From: Vermamoeba vermiformis
Lineage: Eukaryota
Assembly: GCA_045837725.1 (NCBI GenBank)
Contig: JBEWZL010000215.1
Location: 1-64,000 of the forward strand
DNA length: 64,000 nucleotides
Reading direction: 5' to 3'
The notes under the pieces were generated by a model that saw nothing but the letters and a program-made list of their open reading frames with translations, made no database searches and was not told where the DNA came from. The translations under genes were made by a program, and so were the position numbers. Shown in pieces: positions 36,903 to 51,746 of this stretch (its first letter is position 1; each line of letters opens with the position of its first letter).

Positions 36903-38535
36903 ATGAGAATAATATTATTAATTTTTTTGGTTGATTTACTCCTGCTAACTGCAAGCTCGATTGCAATTACCGGTGCAGATCCGTATCTCCGAGCTACAGA
37001 CCTTCAAAACTTACCAGAGGCTTCCATAGACGCGTCCTTATACCCTATTAACTGTTCTATACACGTAGAAGAGTGGTTACCATTGAGTTTCTCTTTTGCT
37101 GGTCAAGCGGCATCCAGTAAGTCTACCCCAAAGTATCTTTCTCGCTTGATTGTGAATGATACTAAGCATTCGATGCAATTACTAAACATTGTTTGTTCGA
37201 TCACAATTAGTTTCACTAAGCCCGACTCACAAAATATTGAGAATTTATCTTCGTTCTCGATAGGTTCATCCGCCGTCGTCGCAGGCAAGCTGCTTGTATT
37301 CAGTATTCCGTCAGAACATCGATTGTTGTCGAGAAAAGATATCGCGGTGGACACATTTGACCCCGCGAAAGACGCCTGGATCAGATCCAAGTCCCATCAA
37401 ATTCCCATCAAAGGTGATCGACTACTTGTCACCAGCGATGGGGAAAGGTACGAAAAAAATTGTTACTGTCTCGTAGTAATTTCTGTTTTAGATACGCCTA
37501 CGTCGCTATTGGCAGTCACAGTCCGATCCACTACTTCGATCGCGGTCACACTTTGACCGGTGTCTGGCGATATGACGCGATGACCAACGAATGGACTGAC
37601 ATGCCACTGATCTCCCACACGGTGTAAGAACCTCTGATCAATTCTAGGGTCTTATTCTTGCTAATCCTCGCAACATTAGCTTTTTGGGTGGACTTGCCTT
37701 TTCTGGAAAGCACTTGCATTTCATTGGTAATATCGGCCAATTGATTATATATCAATACTCACACTACTACATATGTAGGTTCATTAGCTGCACGTGATTC
37801 GAAGTCACCCGTTGAGTGTTCGCATTGGCGACTCGACACTAGTGTCACGTACCCTAAATGGGAAAGTGCTGCGCCGCTCACTCGATGTCGCGGAAACTTT
37901 CACGTGGCGGCGCTGAAAGGTACGTCTCAGCAACAAAAGAATTCAGAACTGATGTCAGTTTGGCAGGCCACGTTTACGCGATTGGTGGAACGAAAGGCCA
38001 AGGAGAGCAACAGCTCGAAGTCAGCGCCATGGACCACTATGACCTCGGCACAGGTACGGCGGTTATTGACTCGATTGTAATGACTCATCATCATTGCAGA
38101 TTCGTGGACTGCGTTGGACATTCCACTGGCCGTGTCGCAATCCAGTTCATCTGTGGCAGTGATCTACGACACCCTTGTCGTGATTAGCACGCAGCTCGAT
38201 AGTCCATTCAGTCACGTGATTGAGTTCGATACTGTCGCTGACACGTGGAGCAATCTCGTGCCATTGCCGCGCAAACTGACCCAACCCGTGCACTTTGGTA
38301 AGAGGTGAGCTAGTAATATGAACAAGTTCTCATGGTGCTGTTGTTAGGCTTGTTAAGTGACGTCACGTGGCAAGATATGAAGGGAGATTTCATTGCAGTG
38401 GTGAGTGACATCAACACGATTGATCCACTAGCATTCATGGGTCGCATCAAGTACCCCACTGAGTGCAAGTTGCGTGCCAAGAAGAACGTGCACCCGCCCA
38501 AAGGAGTATGCGAAGTGTTGCCTCATCAGCCATGA
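36903..38535 (+). CDS. Secreted Kelch-repeat protein; multi-exon
   Basis: Signal peptide MRIILLIFLVDLLLLTASS; repeats FDPAKDAW, YDAMTNEW, HVYAIGG, FDTVADTW. Confidence 0.65.
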
Positions 38536-38547
38536 ACGTGCTTTGCA

Positions 38548-41500
38548 TTAAACGATCTTCTGTCGTTTATTGTTTCTGTCTTTGTTGTACTCGTTGCTTG
38601 TGGGCTCCACAAATTTGTTCTTTTTGGGCTTGGTTCGAGAGTGCCACAATGAAGATATCAAGCACGCGGTCAATGCAAAGGCCACGAGATAAATCACAAA
38701 CACGTCTCGATTGGATTCTTGTCGGGTGAGGGGCAGTTCTATTTTAGGTCTGAGTGTTTTAGACTTCATTTCTGCATTATACGTGCTCGTGTCTGCCATC
38801 GATCCGAGCTGCACCATGAAGGTGCGGATCTCGCATGGGCGAAGTGAGATTTCATCTTTGACCTCGCTGTTCGCCACAAACTCTGTTTTTACATTGACGT
38901 CCTTGATCTTCGACAGTTCTGACAGCCCCGATGATCTCCATGCCAAGCGTGCATTGTTGACACTGCCTGTGCTGTCAAGCGACTTTTCTTCGAGCACACG
39001 CATGACATCCATATTTAACAACTGTTGAACATTCGTGATTTTATCTGATTGGCCTTCAATATGTCGTTGAGCAGTGTTCGCGAGCCGTAGCAAGATTTTG
39101 TTCTCGTCGTGCAAGTGCTGTAACAGCATTAAAACGACGGTAACATGTTAATTGACCGTACCTGAAATGTCGCAAGATGTATGTTGTGGGGCAAGGATTC
39201 TGACAGGCACATTAGAACTCGTTGTCATTCGATATGAACTTACCTTTCATTGGCCGATAACTCGTTGTAAACGACTTCTTCCACACTTCTACTGACACCT
39301 GCGATTCAAAGGCGCGCTCTTTGGTCGTCAGAGCCAACAACGGATTGTTTAACATGGTGCTCAGTTGTCTAAATAGAAATTCAGTGCTACAGTAAGGCTT
39401 CTCTGTCGTACCTGGCCGTGACTTCAGACATTGCAGTGGTGTGCCATAAACTCCACAAAGTCGCGCTGACTGTTGTCTGGTCGTTGTTGCCCTCGCCAAT
39501 GCCTCGCTCGTCATCATTCGGCAGATTTCGATGCAACATTAGCTCAAGTGTGCCTGATTCGAGACTGGTAACTCCCATCGCATGTTGGTGCATGACCTAC
39601 CACTTGTTAATAACATTAGACTGGCTGCAGTGCTACGTACCGTAAATCTTTGGTTCGTCCGTTCACTCTGCACGTACGCCATGGACACGCAGGGGTAATA
39701 ATTGTGCTCGGGCACGTTGTCTGTTTTCTCCCGTCGCAGCAATTCGAGACCATTGTCGGTGTAAAAGTAGCTGCTGTCGTCAATGTTCGTGTTGTAGCGC
39801 ACAATGACTTCACTCGCGGACTCAGCTCTGACCGTGTAATCTTGTTCGATCACGTGTGCCATGGTCTCAATGCTCGAATACACACGAATCTGCCACTCCA
39901 TGCCGTTGTTCATAATCACGCGTGCTTCTTGTACGTGCGGGCCTTTGAACAATACTAACAAGAAGCCATCAACGATCGATGCAGCGGGACCTGCTGTTGT
40001 CATCAAATAGGCACCACTTCTCACTGAATTTTGGTATGCTAGCAGCTAAACGCTTGTTATAAGAAATAGGCATAAGATTAATGCGTACATCTTGCACAAT
40101 AGTAACGGGCTCATCGGTTACTTTGTTAACAGCTCGCTCAATCATGCCATTGGTCGCTGAGAACGTGACACGAATAACGTCATTCTCAATTATTGCTTGA
40201 TCAGGCTCCAATGCCTTCGACTGTGCCTCGAACTTCGAGTCCACGTAGTGTGTGGCTGAAATGCAATGAGACACTATATTGGTGATATAACCCGTTGTTC
40301 ATTACCTCTCGATTGGTACACCTCCATCGCTGGCATTTTTATCGATGAGTCCGTGGCAGTCAAGTAATAAGTCTCGATGGCTAAGGGCTCTACAGTCACT
40401 TTGAAGTACAAGTGGTACTGGTGATTGTAGCTCGTTGGATCGGCTGAGATTAACTGCAACAGACGTCATTAGCGAAAGAGGTTGCAATGACTGGAGTTAT
40501 TACTTGATGCGGCACCACTTGGCCTTGACTATTGTGCACTCGAATGTCGTTCAACGAGCGCACTGTCAGCTTGTAGAACTGCTCTCGCGTCCACGCAAGT
40601 GAATTATGCAAGACAACAATGTGTTCCTATCAACGGATTAATTCTTATGTTCACTGGCCAGCGAGGGTACTTTTTTGTAAGTGAAATCTAGCACTGAAAT
40701 CTCCGAGTCGAGCTGAGGTCTGCCGTGCTGGCCATTCAACAGCACTGAAAGTGAGTCAGACAGCACTTCTTTAGCCAAGTGATACGCTTGATTCAATCGT
40801 CGCATGTAGTCGTTGATCACTGTCGAAGTCGCCGTGCCAGTGATGGCGTCGTGGTGCATAATCAGCGCTGTGTCCTATTAAAGAAGTCAACAAGTAGTGC
40901 AAAGAGAACGCGCATCCGTACTTGTCGTGCAACAGTCATGGCAGCTGAGTGCAAGTCAGTGTCAAGCACGACTTGTTCATTCAACGCAGGAACTATTTGA
41001 AAGATCAACCTCAGTAAATTCATTGAAGTAATATGAACTCGTTGACGTACTTGACGCGTGATAGTTCGCGAGTGTCAACGCTACATCAGCGGAACGAATG
41101 ACTGCGTCAACTTGTCGCGAGTACAACTTGAGTAAAGGTTGAGTGGTGTACAGGCCCTAAATTGTCATGTCAATAATATTCTCGCTAATGAGAGAGGTCC
41201 GAACTTACAGTCCAATAGCCGTTCTCCAGATCTGCGTACGGAAAGAAATCTCCGACGTACGAAGGAAATTCGACCTCAGTCCGTTGCAGAGCGGCAAAGT
41301 AGCGCGATAACGTCGAATATTGCACGCGCACATTGAACTCTGGATGTGAATTGACGTAATTGATCAAGAGGTCCATGTTCGTGAACTGTCGCTCTGCTGC
41401 CACGAATCGAAAATCATCGCCCCACGGGAACATGATCACATTTGTGCGGTACAAACTTGCTGCACTCTGTTGACGGATATTTAAATCAACCACGTTTGGA

Positions 41501-42588
41501 GATGATACATAGGACAGTACTAACCCCGACGTATTTCTTCGCAAAGTAAGTGCCTTCTCTTTCGAGGTCTGCAGGCAGATCTGAGCGTTCGAAGTCATAG
41601 GAGCTGCGTGCAAGTATTAGAACGACCTCGATTAAAGGAAATTGAATAGGAGACTTACGAGGAGTAGCTGAGAGTCAACACGTGCGCAAGGAGCTTGAGT
41701 TCTGGTCTGTAAATTGAAATTAATAATGGCTGCTAGTATAATTATATACATTTCGTCCTTGCCTCGTGTGACTGTGCCACAAGAACTCAAATTGTCGATT
41801 GTCGCGCAGTTGTTTCTTCGTCGCATAATGCACTCGATTTAACACTACTGCATCGAAGCCTGCAAGTGCTAGTACTGTTGGAGTCAAGGACGAGTGACCG
41901 AACGGATCAATCTGTAAGTATTGGTATGAGAATAGATGCCCCAAAGGTTTGTACTGGATCCGATTGTACCTGCCAAGCCACATTGGGCTTCACTTTGAAG
42001 TTCTCCCATAAATAACGGTGCCCCACTGTAATTTGATCCATCACTTGATGATAATGAGCATTAGCTTCGTCGTGTTGGACCCATCCGCCTACAAAGCAAT
42101 GGCAACTTAATATGCATGTGTCTACAATAGTGATCTTACCTCCTACAAACTCCAATTGTTTATTTTCAACTAATTTGCGCACGTTTGCTCGTAGTTCTTC
42201 AGATTGTTCCTCGTACCAACGAGCAAAAAATGATCTACCAGCCAATATTTGTTAAAATTAAAATAGACAAGCGTATCGTTAGTACTTACATCTCTGACCA
42301 TATAAATGTGCGAGTTGAATTTTTCAATAATTCTCCAACGACATTTGTTAAAATCTGAGATACTTTGATTTGAAAATACCCCTAGTACAATATCAATAAC
42401 AATGAATGCTAGGGAATTTTAATGGTTGTTTCATTGTTGGAATTTCCAATTACTTCAAATGTTTCTTTCCAGCCTGGGTCGCAATGTGAGTGAGGAATCA
42501 GATGTACATCAATTACAGCCAGTCGTACAGAGAAAAAAAAAGATAAAATAATAAATGATGTACATATTAACTTCGTGTACGAGAACAT
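38548..42588 (-). CDS. GH38 alpha-mannosidase (lysosomal type) with C-terminal TM anchor; multi-exon
   Basis: VHLIPHSHCDPGW, GGWVQHDEA, WQIDPFGHS, PWGDDF, GDFFPYAD, HHDAITGT, LELMLHR, LRPCEIRTF; signal peptide and C-terminal hydrophobic helix. Confidence 0.95.
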
Positions 42589-42838
42589 GGTTCATTTGTG
42601 GCTTCATGCCTAGCACTAAAATCTGATTTAAAAGTTTTTTGGCGCTCAATTTTGGCCAGATGAAATTTAAACCTTAACAGGAATAACCGTATGTTGTGGT
42701 AATGGACTATTCATATACTATCCACCAGTTGCGAAATTTGATAGCTACCAACACACGTCAAAAATTTTCATGAATGCCAAAAAAAGAACTTGAAACGCTA
42801 CTTTTCATTAAATATTACATTATCTAACAACAACAACA

Positions 42839-45726
42839 ATGAATCGTATCGCTGGCATTGCTACCAAGTCTGTATCGTCATTGTTAAGCAAGAACAGCAG
42901 ATCTTTGCTTCGAGGTATACATTCCACCTTAAAATTACACAATTAATTATGATCTAATTAAAAATGTGTATTTAGCCTCAGGAATACGAGCCTACTCTCA
43001 AAAGAAAGGTTAGTAATTGAACCAAAGATTTTTTATTGATCTGCCAAATTTCAATCCTGAAATTTTTTCAATAATATTTGAATATTTCAAATGAACTTAA
43101 AGGTGATTATTATACTAATTTTCTATCAGCTGGTGAGGTCTATGGTGCTGGAAAATTAAGCCAACCTGCACACGAAGAATTGATCGTGCAGCCCATACGC
43201 GAGAAGTTCCCAGTGGCTCTATCGCATCCTACGCAACAATCAGGCCTCGTTAACTTAGCTCATGTTTATGGCGCTAAAACAGCACCCCTGATCCACCGTC
43301 CAATCGGTGTGTTTTTTGACGAACAGGCATCCAAATACTCGAGCAAAGAACTTGTTAGCTCAGTCCATCAAAATATTCGCCTGAGTTGGACCGACGTCAA
43401 GGTACTTTCGTTACAATATTGGAATTCAGAGCTAAAGTTTCCATGTTGCTAGATCTTTGAATAATTTTAGGGCAATTAATATTGCGAGAATTTGATTCTA
43501 ATTATTGTATATAGAACAAAGCCGATGCCTTTGCCGCTGGTTTGTTGAAATTAGGCTTTCAAAAGGGCCACAAATTAGCTGTTTGGTTACCCAACACTGC
43601 TGAATACGTAAGCATTACTAATTACGAAATATTAGTTATTACCTAATTACAACATTTTTGCGACATAATTAAGCTTACGGGACTCGCTAATATTTTTTTC
43701 TAGCTGATCTGTCAAATTGCTACAGCGAAGATTGGTGTCGTGCTCGTGACTATGAATCCGAGCTACAAATTGTACGAGCTCGACAAAGTGATGAGCATTG
43801 TAGACGTGCAGGGCATTGTCATTCAGCCTCAATTGCGTCACGCTAATTACGTTGAAATGATCAATGAATTTTTGCCCGAATTGAAGTCAGGTACCGCCGA
43901 GAGTGAACTCAAAAGCATTGCACAAATTTATTAACAAGACTATTTTATAGCCAAAATTGGCACTTTGGAAGGTTCCAAAGCTCCGTCATTGAGATATGTT
44001 ATTCACACCGGCAAAGACAACTTGCCTGGTAAGTGTTAAAAGTGATATAATGCAAGTACAGTACTTATATTTCCATATTAAGGCATGTTGAAGTTCGATG
44101 ACGTGTTGAACAACAATCCCAATGACATCAAACAAGTGGTCAGCATGCAAGCACAACTGCAGCACACTGAACCAATCAACATTCAATTCACTTCCGGCAC
44201 CACTGGCTTCCCGAAAGCAGCGGTAATTCACTGAAAATTGACTTGGGAATTCGACAGCAGTGAACTCACCTATTTTTAGATGCTGTCGCACTCGAACATT
44301 CTCAACAACGGCTTCTTTGTTGGCAAGAGAATTCATTTGACACCCAACGACGTGCTCGTGACACCTGTGCCGCTGTTCCACTGCTTCGGCTACGTCATGT
44401 CCAACCTCGCTGCTCTCACGCACGGTGCCAAGTTGGTCTATCCTTCAGACGTGTTCAACGCCAACACGACCTTGAAGGCCGTTCAAGACGAGAAGGGCAC
44501 CGTGCTGCAAGGTGTACCGACTATGTTCATCGCGGAGCTCGAGGACCCTGACTTCAAAGCCGGCAAAATCAACGTCTCAACTCTGCGCAGTGGTATCATG
44601 GGTACGTTGCAATTATTTATTATTACCAAATTAGGCAATACTGATCGAATTTACAGCCGGTGCCCCGTGTCCCATTGAAATCATGAAGCGCGTGATGAAT
44701 GAGATGCACATGAAAGAAGTCACGATTTGCTACGGCATGACTGAGACCTCGCCCGTGTCATTCCAGGTACTGTCAACCAGTTCTATATTTAGATCACGTG
44801 CTTAATGTCGTGCAATCTCCAGACTGAGATCGCGGATTCCGTGGACAAACGAGTCGAGACCGTGGGTCGCATTCAAGACTATTTGGAGGCCAAAGTCGTC
44901 GACAAGTACGGCACTATTGTTCCCACTAACACTACTGGCGAGCTCTGCGTTAAGGGGTAAGTCATTGCCTTATTTGGAATGCGAGCGTGGTTACTAAATA
45001 GTTGCAAAGTTACTCCGTGATGTTGGGCTATTACAACAAGAACGCCCACACGAGCATTGACTCAGATATGTTGCAAGCCAAGGATGGTACGAGAGTTATT
45101 ACCATATAAGGAAATAATACTGATCGATGACACTTCAGGCTGGATGCACACTGGTGACTTGGTGACCATCGATGACGATGGCTACTGTCGCATTGTTGGC
45201 CGTAATAAGGTACCTCGCCTCCATATAAATATTATTTATGTCTAAATATTTATATTAATATGACGCTATTAATAGGACGTCATCATTCGTGGCGGTGAAA
45301 ATATCTTCCCTCGTGAAATTGAAGAAATTTTGCACAAACACAAAGACATTGCCGAAGTTCATGTCTGTGGTGTCCCTGACCAAAAGGCACGTGATCGATA
45401 AATAACTGCAATATATTAACGCTCGTTTTATAGTACGGTGAACTCGTGTGCGCGTGGATCAAAGTCAAACATGGTGCGACTTTGACTGAAGAACAAGTGA
45501 AAGAATTCTGCAAACAACAAAAGATCTCGTCTTATAAGGTACATATCATGTGATTATAGGTCATTATGAAAACGTTGCTGATTAATTATCTTGTTGACAG
45601 ATCCCGACATACGTTTTATTCGTGGAGAATTTCCCCACAACGCAATCAGGCAAAATTCAAAAGTACAAAATGCGCGAGGCGTCAGTAGAAATATTCCACT
45701 TAAAAGAACTCAATACTACTAACTAA
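42839..45726 (+). CDS. Acyl-CoA synthetase, ACSF2-like, probably mitochondrial; multi-exon
   Basis: [58 protein letters not shown]; Arg/Ser-rich N-terminal presequence. Confidence 0.93.
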
Positions 45727-45865
45727 GAAAACAAACTAGATCCAAAACAAAAACTTCTTGTACATTCATTGCTACCATAAAAATTCCCATTCAAAGTAAT
45801 GCTCGTACTGGATTTAAATAATGAATAGCTAATTTATAAAAACACTGTACAGTTATTTACAAATT

Positions 45866-46226
45866 TTAAGCCTTCATAGTCTTCTTCATTTCCTTGGCTT
45901 CTTCCTTAACTGAAGAATCGCCGCGGACAACATTCTTGCCAGATTCCTTCATTTGAGAGACGACATTCTTAGCGCCCTCTTTGAAGTCCTCACCGACGTC
46001 TCTGAGGTTGCCCTTCTTCATGTCTTGTTCGACCAAGTGACGAGGGTTCGTTCGGACAGTGACGGCGTTGTGGTCAAGAGGTTCAGCGTGCTTCTTTGAG
46101 CGCTGTAGAATATGTTATAAGCAATTTGATCGTGTTCTCAGCGAGATCCAGCGGACTTACAGTAAAGTACAAAATGCCACCGACAGCAGCGAGGCCACCG
46201 AGCAAAAAGGTAGTAGTTCTGTTCAT
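45866..46226 (-). CDS. Small (~100 aa) protein with N-terminal anchor and Lys/Glu-rich amphipathic (LEA-like) tail; 2 exons
   Basis: MNRTTTFLLGGLAAVGGILYFT|RSKKHAEP...EEAKEMKKTMKA*; the GTAAGT...CAG intron restores the frame. Confidence 0.7.
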
Positions 46227-46623
46227 TTTGGTTGTTGTTGTTGTGTTTTTAGTTGAATTTGTTGAATAGAACTGCGGCATCGAGCACTATTTATTGCTGT
46301 ATTAGACACGTGATGGCCGGAAATTTCAAAGTAATTTCATGCGATTTTGCCTATTATTCGCTGATTTTGCGTTCTTTGCTTTGCCTTGTCGTAAACTCAG
46401 GCCCACAGCGGCCAATTATCAGCAAGATTTACATCAGTTTGCTGTCGTATTAACTCGAAATGCCCTTTCTAGGGAATACCTCACTGCACATCACTTGCCT
46501 TTAAATATCAAAAATCCAATAATTATTACTAATTAAATCCTAGCTGGCTATTTACATTAGTGACCCATTAAAATTACAAAGAAAATTTGACGGATGGAGT
46601 CTCCAAAAAATTTTCATCCGCTT

Positions 46624-48814
46624 TTAAACATCATCAACAATAGCGTTGCAGTTATCATCAATGCCGTTCAGTACCTCGGCTTGTGGCATCACTTCATTTT
46701 GACACACGAGCACGCCCTCAATACAGGCAGTAGTTCCAGCAGTGCACGCGCCTTGACCGACACATCTACCGCACGACTGACCGACTTGAGGCACGTTGTC
46801 ATCGACTTGCCCATTGCAGTCGTTGTCAATGCCATCACACACTTCCACTGTGGGACCGACGAATCCTGAATTGCTTTGATATTAGTGAATGTGCTTCGAT
46901 GACACGTGTCAAACAGTGTCACTTACCAACGCACTCAGTTGAGCCGCAGAACTGTTGACCACGCTTGCAATGACTAGTGCCGTTGTAGACGAGGTCTGCA
47001 GGGGCATCTAGTGGCACACAATCAGTGGGCGGGACATTGTCATCGATCAGTCCGTTGCAGTCGTCGTCAATGTCGTTGCACGTCTCAGCTTGAGGACTGT
47101 TCGAACAGGACCCCCAGCCTCGACCAGCAACACATCCGCCAGGTGCAACTGAGACTGGTGCTTGACACGACATCAGACCTTGACACCAAGTTGGCGTTGG
47201 ACTGCCGCAGGTTGTCTTGTTGATCACTGGGAAATCATCCACCAGTCCGTTGCAATCATTGTCGCAGCCATCGCACACTTCAAGCGAGGGGACACAGCCG
47301 TTGCAATTAACACCTAAAAGATAGTTTGTTAGTGACACGTGTCAAATAGTGTCAAAATCGTACCGTCGTCAATGAGTCCATTGCAGTCATCGTCGAGGCC
47401 GTTGCAGACTTCAGCTGTGGGGCAGTGCAGCGGTGATCCACAGCGCACAAATCCTTCGTCAATTTGTCCGTCGCAATTGTCATCAATGCCGTTGCACTGC
47501 TCTCCTGGATCAGAACACAGCCACGTGCTCGACTGCTGACTTTGCGCCACTGACGTGCACGGTAATTGCGTGACATCGCCGCGGGGATTGGCAGCGGAGA
47601 TTGACGAGACAAACTGCGTCAAACACTGTGTGCGATTGCTCAAGGTACAACAGTCCGTGCGCAGATTGCAGTAGTGCGGGTAGTCCTCGTCCACTTCACC
47701 GTCGCAGTCGTCGTCGAGATTGTTGCACGTGTCGGGCGCACTCATTGCGAGCCAAGTGGAGCTGAGGCCAGCACTGAGCGTGGTGTCAATGTCCCATTTG
47801 TAGACTGTCGCGCCCAGACTCGTCACATTGCGATCAAAAGCGTGGAGTGACAGAGACAGCGAGCTGTAGTACGAGTAGAGCGTCACTTTGATTTTGAAGG
47901 TCTTGCCGTTGACTGTGATGCCCGTGGAGGACAACTGATTGATCAGATCTGTGAAGTACGTCCGCTCGCTGCACTCAAAGGTTTCGGAGTTAGACCACCG
48001 ATAGACCAATGCGATGTGCACGGACTTGCAGGCCGGTGCGTCGTTGAGTGGCGAGGTCAACACTTTGCCGCTGATCGGATCTGTGTACGTGCCCTGCAGA
48101 TACGACGCAATGCCGCGCAACAGCCCGTTGAATGGCTGGCAATCGCCGTACGAGATGAGTTCTCCATTGGAAGCAGTACATTGTTCGTCGATATAACTGA
48201 ATAATGATTGATAGTTTGATGAGTTTGTTTCGGATGTGGGCGCTGGAACAACAACGTGCGCTGCTTGGCGCGAAAGAGGGCAAGGTGATGTCGCGCAACT
48301 ACCACACACACCATTGCCAACGCTCGAGCAGTTAGTGATGTAGTTAGCTACGGGCATAAATGTACAACTAGAGGCGGAGCAACTTGATGACGAGCAACTA
48401 AATGTTTGAGGCAATTGAGCCAAGCCTAAGCGCATCCGCGTCGAAAAAAGTGGAAATACTATGTCTAAGGCACCCTTGATATGACCTAAGCACAAGCAAA
48501 ATTAATTAATTAGCTTTTTTTTATGGGGGTCAGTTAGCTCAGATTTTCTTGATAATTTTCCTACAATATTATGTACACGAAGATAAAATTGTTATAATTA
48601 TTGATTAATTACCAATAATGTATGATGTGTATAGTCCGGAGGTAGGTGCCGTGGTAGTTGCCTTATCAATTCCACTACTCATAACACCGACAATTGCCAG
48701 CGGATCTCCAGCAGGGTATAAATTACTGGCCTGGCCATTCTTCGTGGTTGAAACGAGATGGAGCAACGCAAAAAAAATAAACGCCCACAAAACACCAACT
48801 TTCAGGCCCGACAT
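46624..48814 (-). CDS. Secreted Cys-rich protein with multiple ExCNGxDDDCxGxIDD (MopE-related metal-binding) repeats
   Basis: Signal peptide MSGLKVGVLWAFIFFALL; about 7 repeats such as DTCNNLDDDCDGEVDE, EQCNGIDDNCDGQIDE, EVCDGIDNDCNGQVDD. Confidence 0.8.
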
Positions 48815-49006
48815 TGCAATATAATCATATAATACAATATGCACTAGTGTTTCGGGTTTGATTGAATTAATTTTAATTTGATTCTCTGGGAGGGATTTTT
48901 TGTTGACGCGTGTCAGTTGCGGATGTGTCACAAACGATGTTTTCATTTTTGCAAAATGATACTTTACTAGTAAACACACATTAAACAATAGTACAATTTT
49001 CATATA

Positions 49007-51746
49007 TTACAAAGTTGGATTGCTATCAAAACAGCATCTGAATCCCAAATCTGAAAATCGTTGGGTACTGGTGATAGTCTGATACACATCACGTTGCGTG
49101 CCTCGCTCACTTGTCCTAAAAGAGCCTCCAACCATCGCATAGGCGGCGCTGTTAGTCACAATTTCAAATAGATTTCCCGTCATGTCCCACACGGCTGTTG
49201 TATTGCCCGTGTTGGCGGACAAAATGCTCCAATCAGCACCGCACGCATATGGAGCAAGCGTGGCTGTTGGCATGAATGTGAACGCCGTACCGCTGCCAGC
49301 ATTGCCGAAGATGTTGCAGTACCTCGTGTTGGTATTACTCTGTTGGCACGTGCTCGGGTGCGCGGGACTGTAGCTGTAGAGACAAGAGGCATTGGTCGCG
49401 AGAGCAGCGCGCCACTCGGTCATGCTGCACAATCGTCCGCCCATGCCTCCGCAGACATCAGCTGCCTCGAGCGGGGAGATTTGTGTCCACGGCATGCGCA
49501 AGTTCGCTGAGCAGCCACGTGTCGCGTCAATCGTGTCTTGATTCGCCGTGGTCCAGCCATTGCCAAAGCCAAGGCTCGACTGCGTAGACGACGCGCGACT
49601 GATTTCGTACGATGTGATCCACAGCGATGAGCCCAAGAAAGTGACTGTTGGCTTGACAAATGTCGCTGAGACCGAGCCCTTTTGCGTGAAAACCTCGTCC
49701 ACAAGTCCGTCGCAGTCGTTGTCAATGCCGTCACACAGCTCAGTGCAGCCACCAGGCAATGAACTGCACGAGGCCTTGACCGCTGAACACGTCACATTGT
49801 TGGGGCCGTTGCAGACATAGGTGCCTGTTGTGCGACATGCGCCGTGCGAGACAGGGCTGCAAAAATATGTCAGAACACGTGTCAAAAGAATTGACTGATC
49901 GAAGACTTGCCTTCCATCGTCACTAGCGCACGGCAGACCCAGTTGCGGGACATTTTCATTCAGCACTCCGTTGCAGTTGTTGTCCAAGTTGTCGCAAATC
50001 TCCACGGCCGCAGCACACGAGGGATTGCAGACATTGGGCGGGAACGAGCACTGCCAGGCACCGCTGACACATTGCGCGGACACTTGAGTCGTGCATTCAC
50101 TTCTGTTTGCCGCAGGACCGACGCCACAAAGCTTCTTCACGTTATGAGGCACGACATTTTCATCGATTTGTCCGTCGCAGTTGTCATCAATGCCGTTGCA
50201 CATTTCTAAATGAGAGGTGAACTGACAGGCGTACGAACAGCTCTGATTGCCCGTCAAGTCGTAGTACCCTTGCTTGCAGCTTTGGAACACGCACTCGCCA
50301 TTGGAACACGCCCAGAGAACATTAGGATTGAGGTCTGCACAGCGCTTGTTGCACGCACCGCAGTGCTCAGAGTCGTTCTTTAAGTCAGGCTGTGAAGTGA
50401 TCTCTCCGTCGCAGTTGGAGTCCACTCCGCATGCGTCAATAGAACTCGCTGGGAATATTGCCCCGACACACTTGAGCTCGTTGTTTTGACACTTGACTGC
50501 ACCCAATGAACACACGCCATGAGCTGAACAGCCGCAAGGAGTATCCACTGCTATAGAGGATTGAAATGTAAGAGTTGGGTGTTAAGAATAACGACAAGCT
50601 AACTCTTACCAGGACACGAGTTGTTGAGGCAATTGGTCGGGACACATTCGCCCACCGAGCAATCAGTGCCTGAATAGCCTGACGTGCACGCACACCCACT
50701 CAAGGTGCAGACACCATTCGACGAGCAACAGAACGGACACGCTGCGAGGTGCGTTAAGGATCGTAGAACTCATACTAGAGGGCAGTAAGGACTTACATGA
50801 AGTGCTGTCAGACACGCCACAGGTCTTGTTCAGCGTGTTCACGTCAATCATGGACACGTTGCTGTTCTTTGTTTCAATGACCACGCTCTGCCAGAAGTGA
50901 TCGCGCGGCACAATGACAACAAGATCCACACTGAGCTGCGCTGTTTGTTCGACCTCTGCTGTCGACAGTCCCGCGCAGAGCACAACGACTGATGCAAGTC
51001 AATAACATGTACGTCTAGCTGGTGCAATATTGCGTACCTATGATGGCGAGCAATGTGGTAGATCTTTTTCTAAATAAGGAAATTGTGAACGCTGCAAAAA
51101 CTTGCAACAAAACGTCAATGCTGATTGCTGAGGATGAACTGATTTGGCGCTTTGGGCGTGGTGTATATATTATAATATCGTTTGATGGCGTATTAGTGGA
51201 AATATTCAAGTCAACCATAACGCGGATCTGCTCGTCTGAAACGAATCATTAGGCGTGTCAAAAAGTGTCATAATTTGTGCAAGCGGAAAAGGTGCAAATT
51301 AAATTGAATATTATTATTCGATATTTTTAGTATGATTATCAACTAAAATAAGTATCATCAACGGTTATTAAAAGCGAAATCCAAAAAGATTTTGATATAT
51401 ATTAACCAACAAATTATCCGCACTTACTTGGAATATATTTTACATCTATAACTACATATTTAGAGGCCTCTTCAGTCGGACCTGAAATCGTGGCTATGAT
51501 TGAAACCGCATCCGTTGAATTTCCACTTTTCCACACAACAGCGCCCTTGAAACGTATTAATACAATATTGTGGATATTAAAATAATGTTATACCGGTAAT
51601 TTGTTAATGATTTCGAAGTCAATTTGCGATGCGGCTGTCGTTGTCAATGCCTCCGCGAAGATCGTCCTGTCCACAGAATACTGCGCAGTGGTGCACGAAA
51701 TTATTGATATAATACATAGGACTAATACTACAGTTGATTTGTACAT
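49007..51746 (-). CDS. Secreted Cys-rich MopE-repeat protein with C-terminal FGE/SUMF1-like domain
   Basis: Signal peptide MYKSTVVLVLCIISIISC; EMCNGIDDNCDGQIDE-type repeats; C-terminal YEISR...PWTQIS...RLCSMTEW...WDMTGNLFE...GGSF...LGFRCC. Confidence 0.8.

Noticed and set aside
21117-45726. PKS plus acyl-CoA ligase as a biosynthetic gene cluster
   Set aside because: They are ~14 kb apart with unrelated genes between, and the ligase looks like a housekeeping mitochondrial ACSF2.
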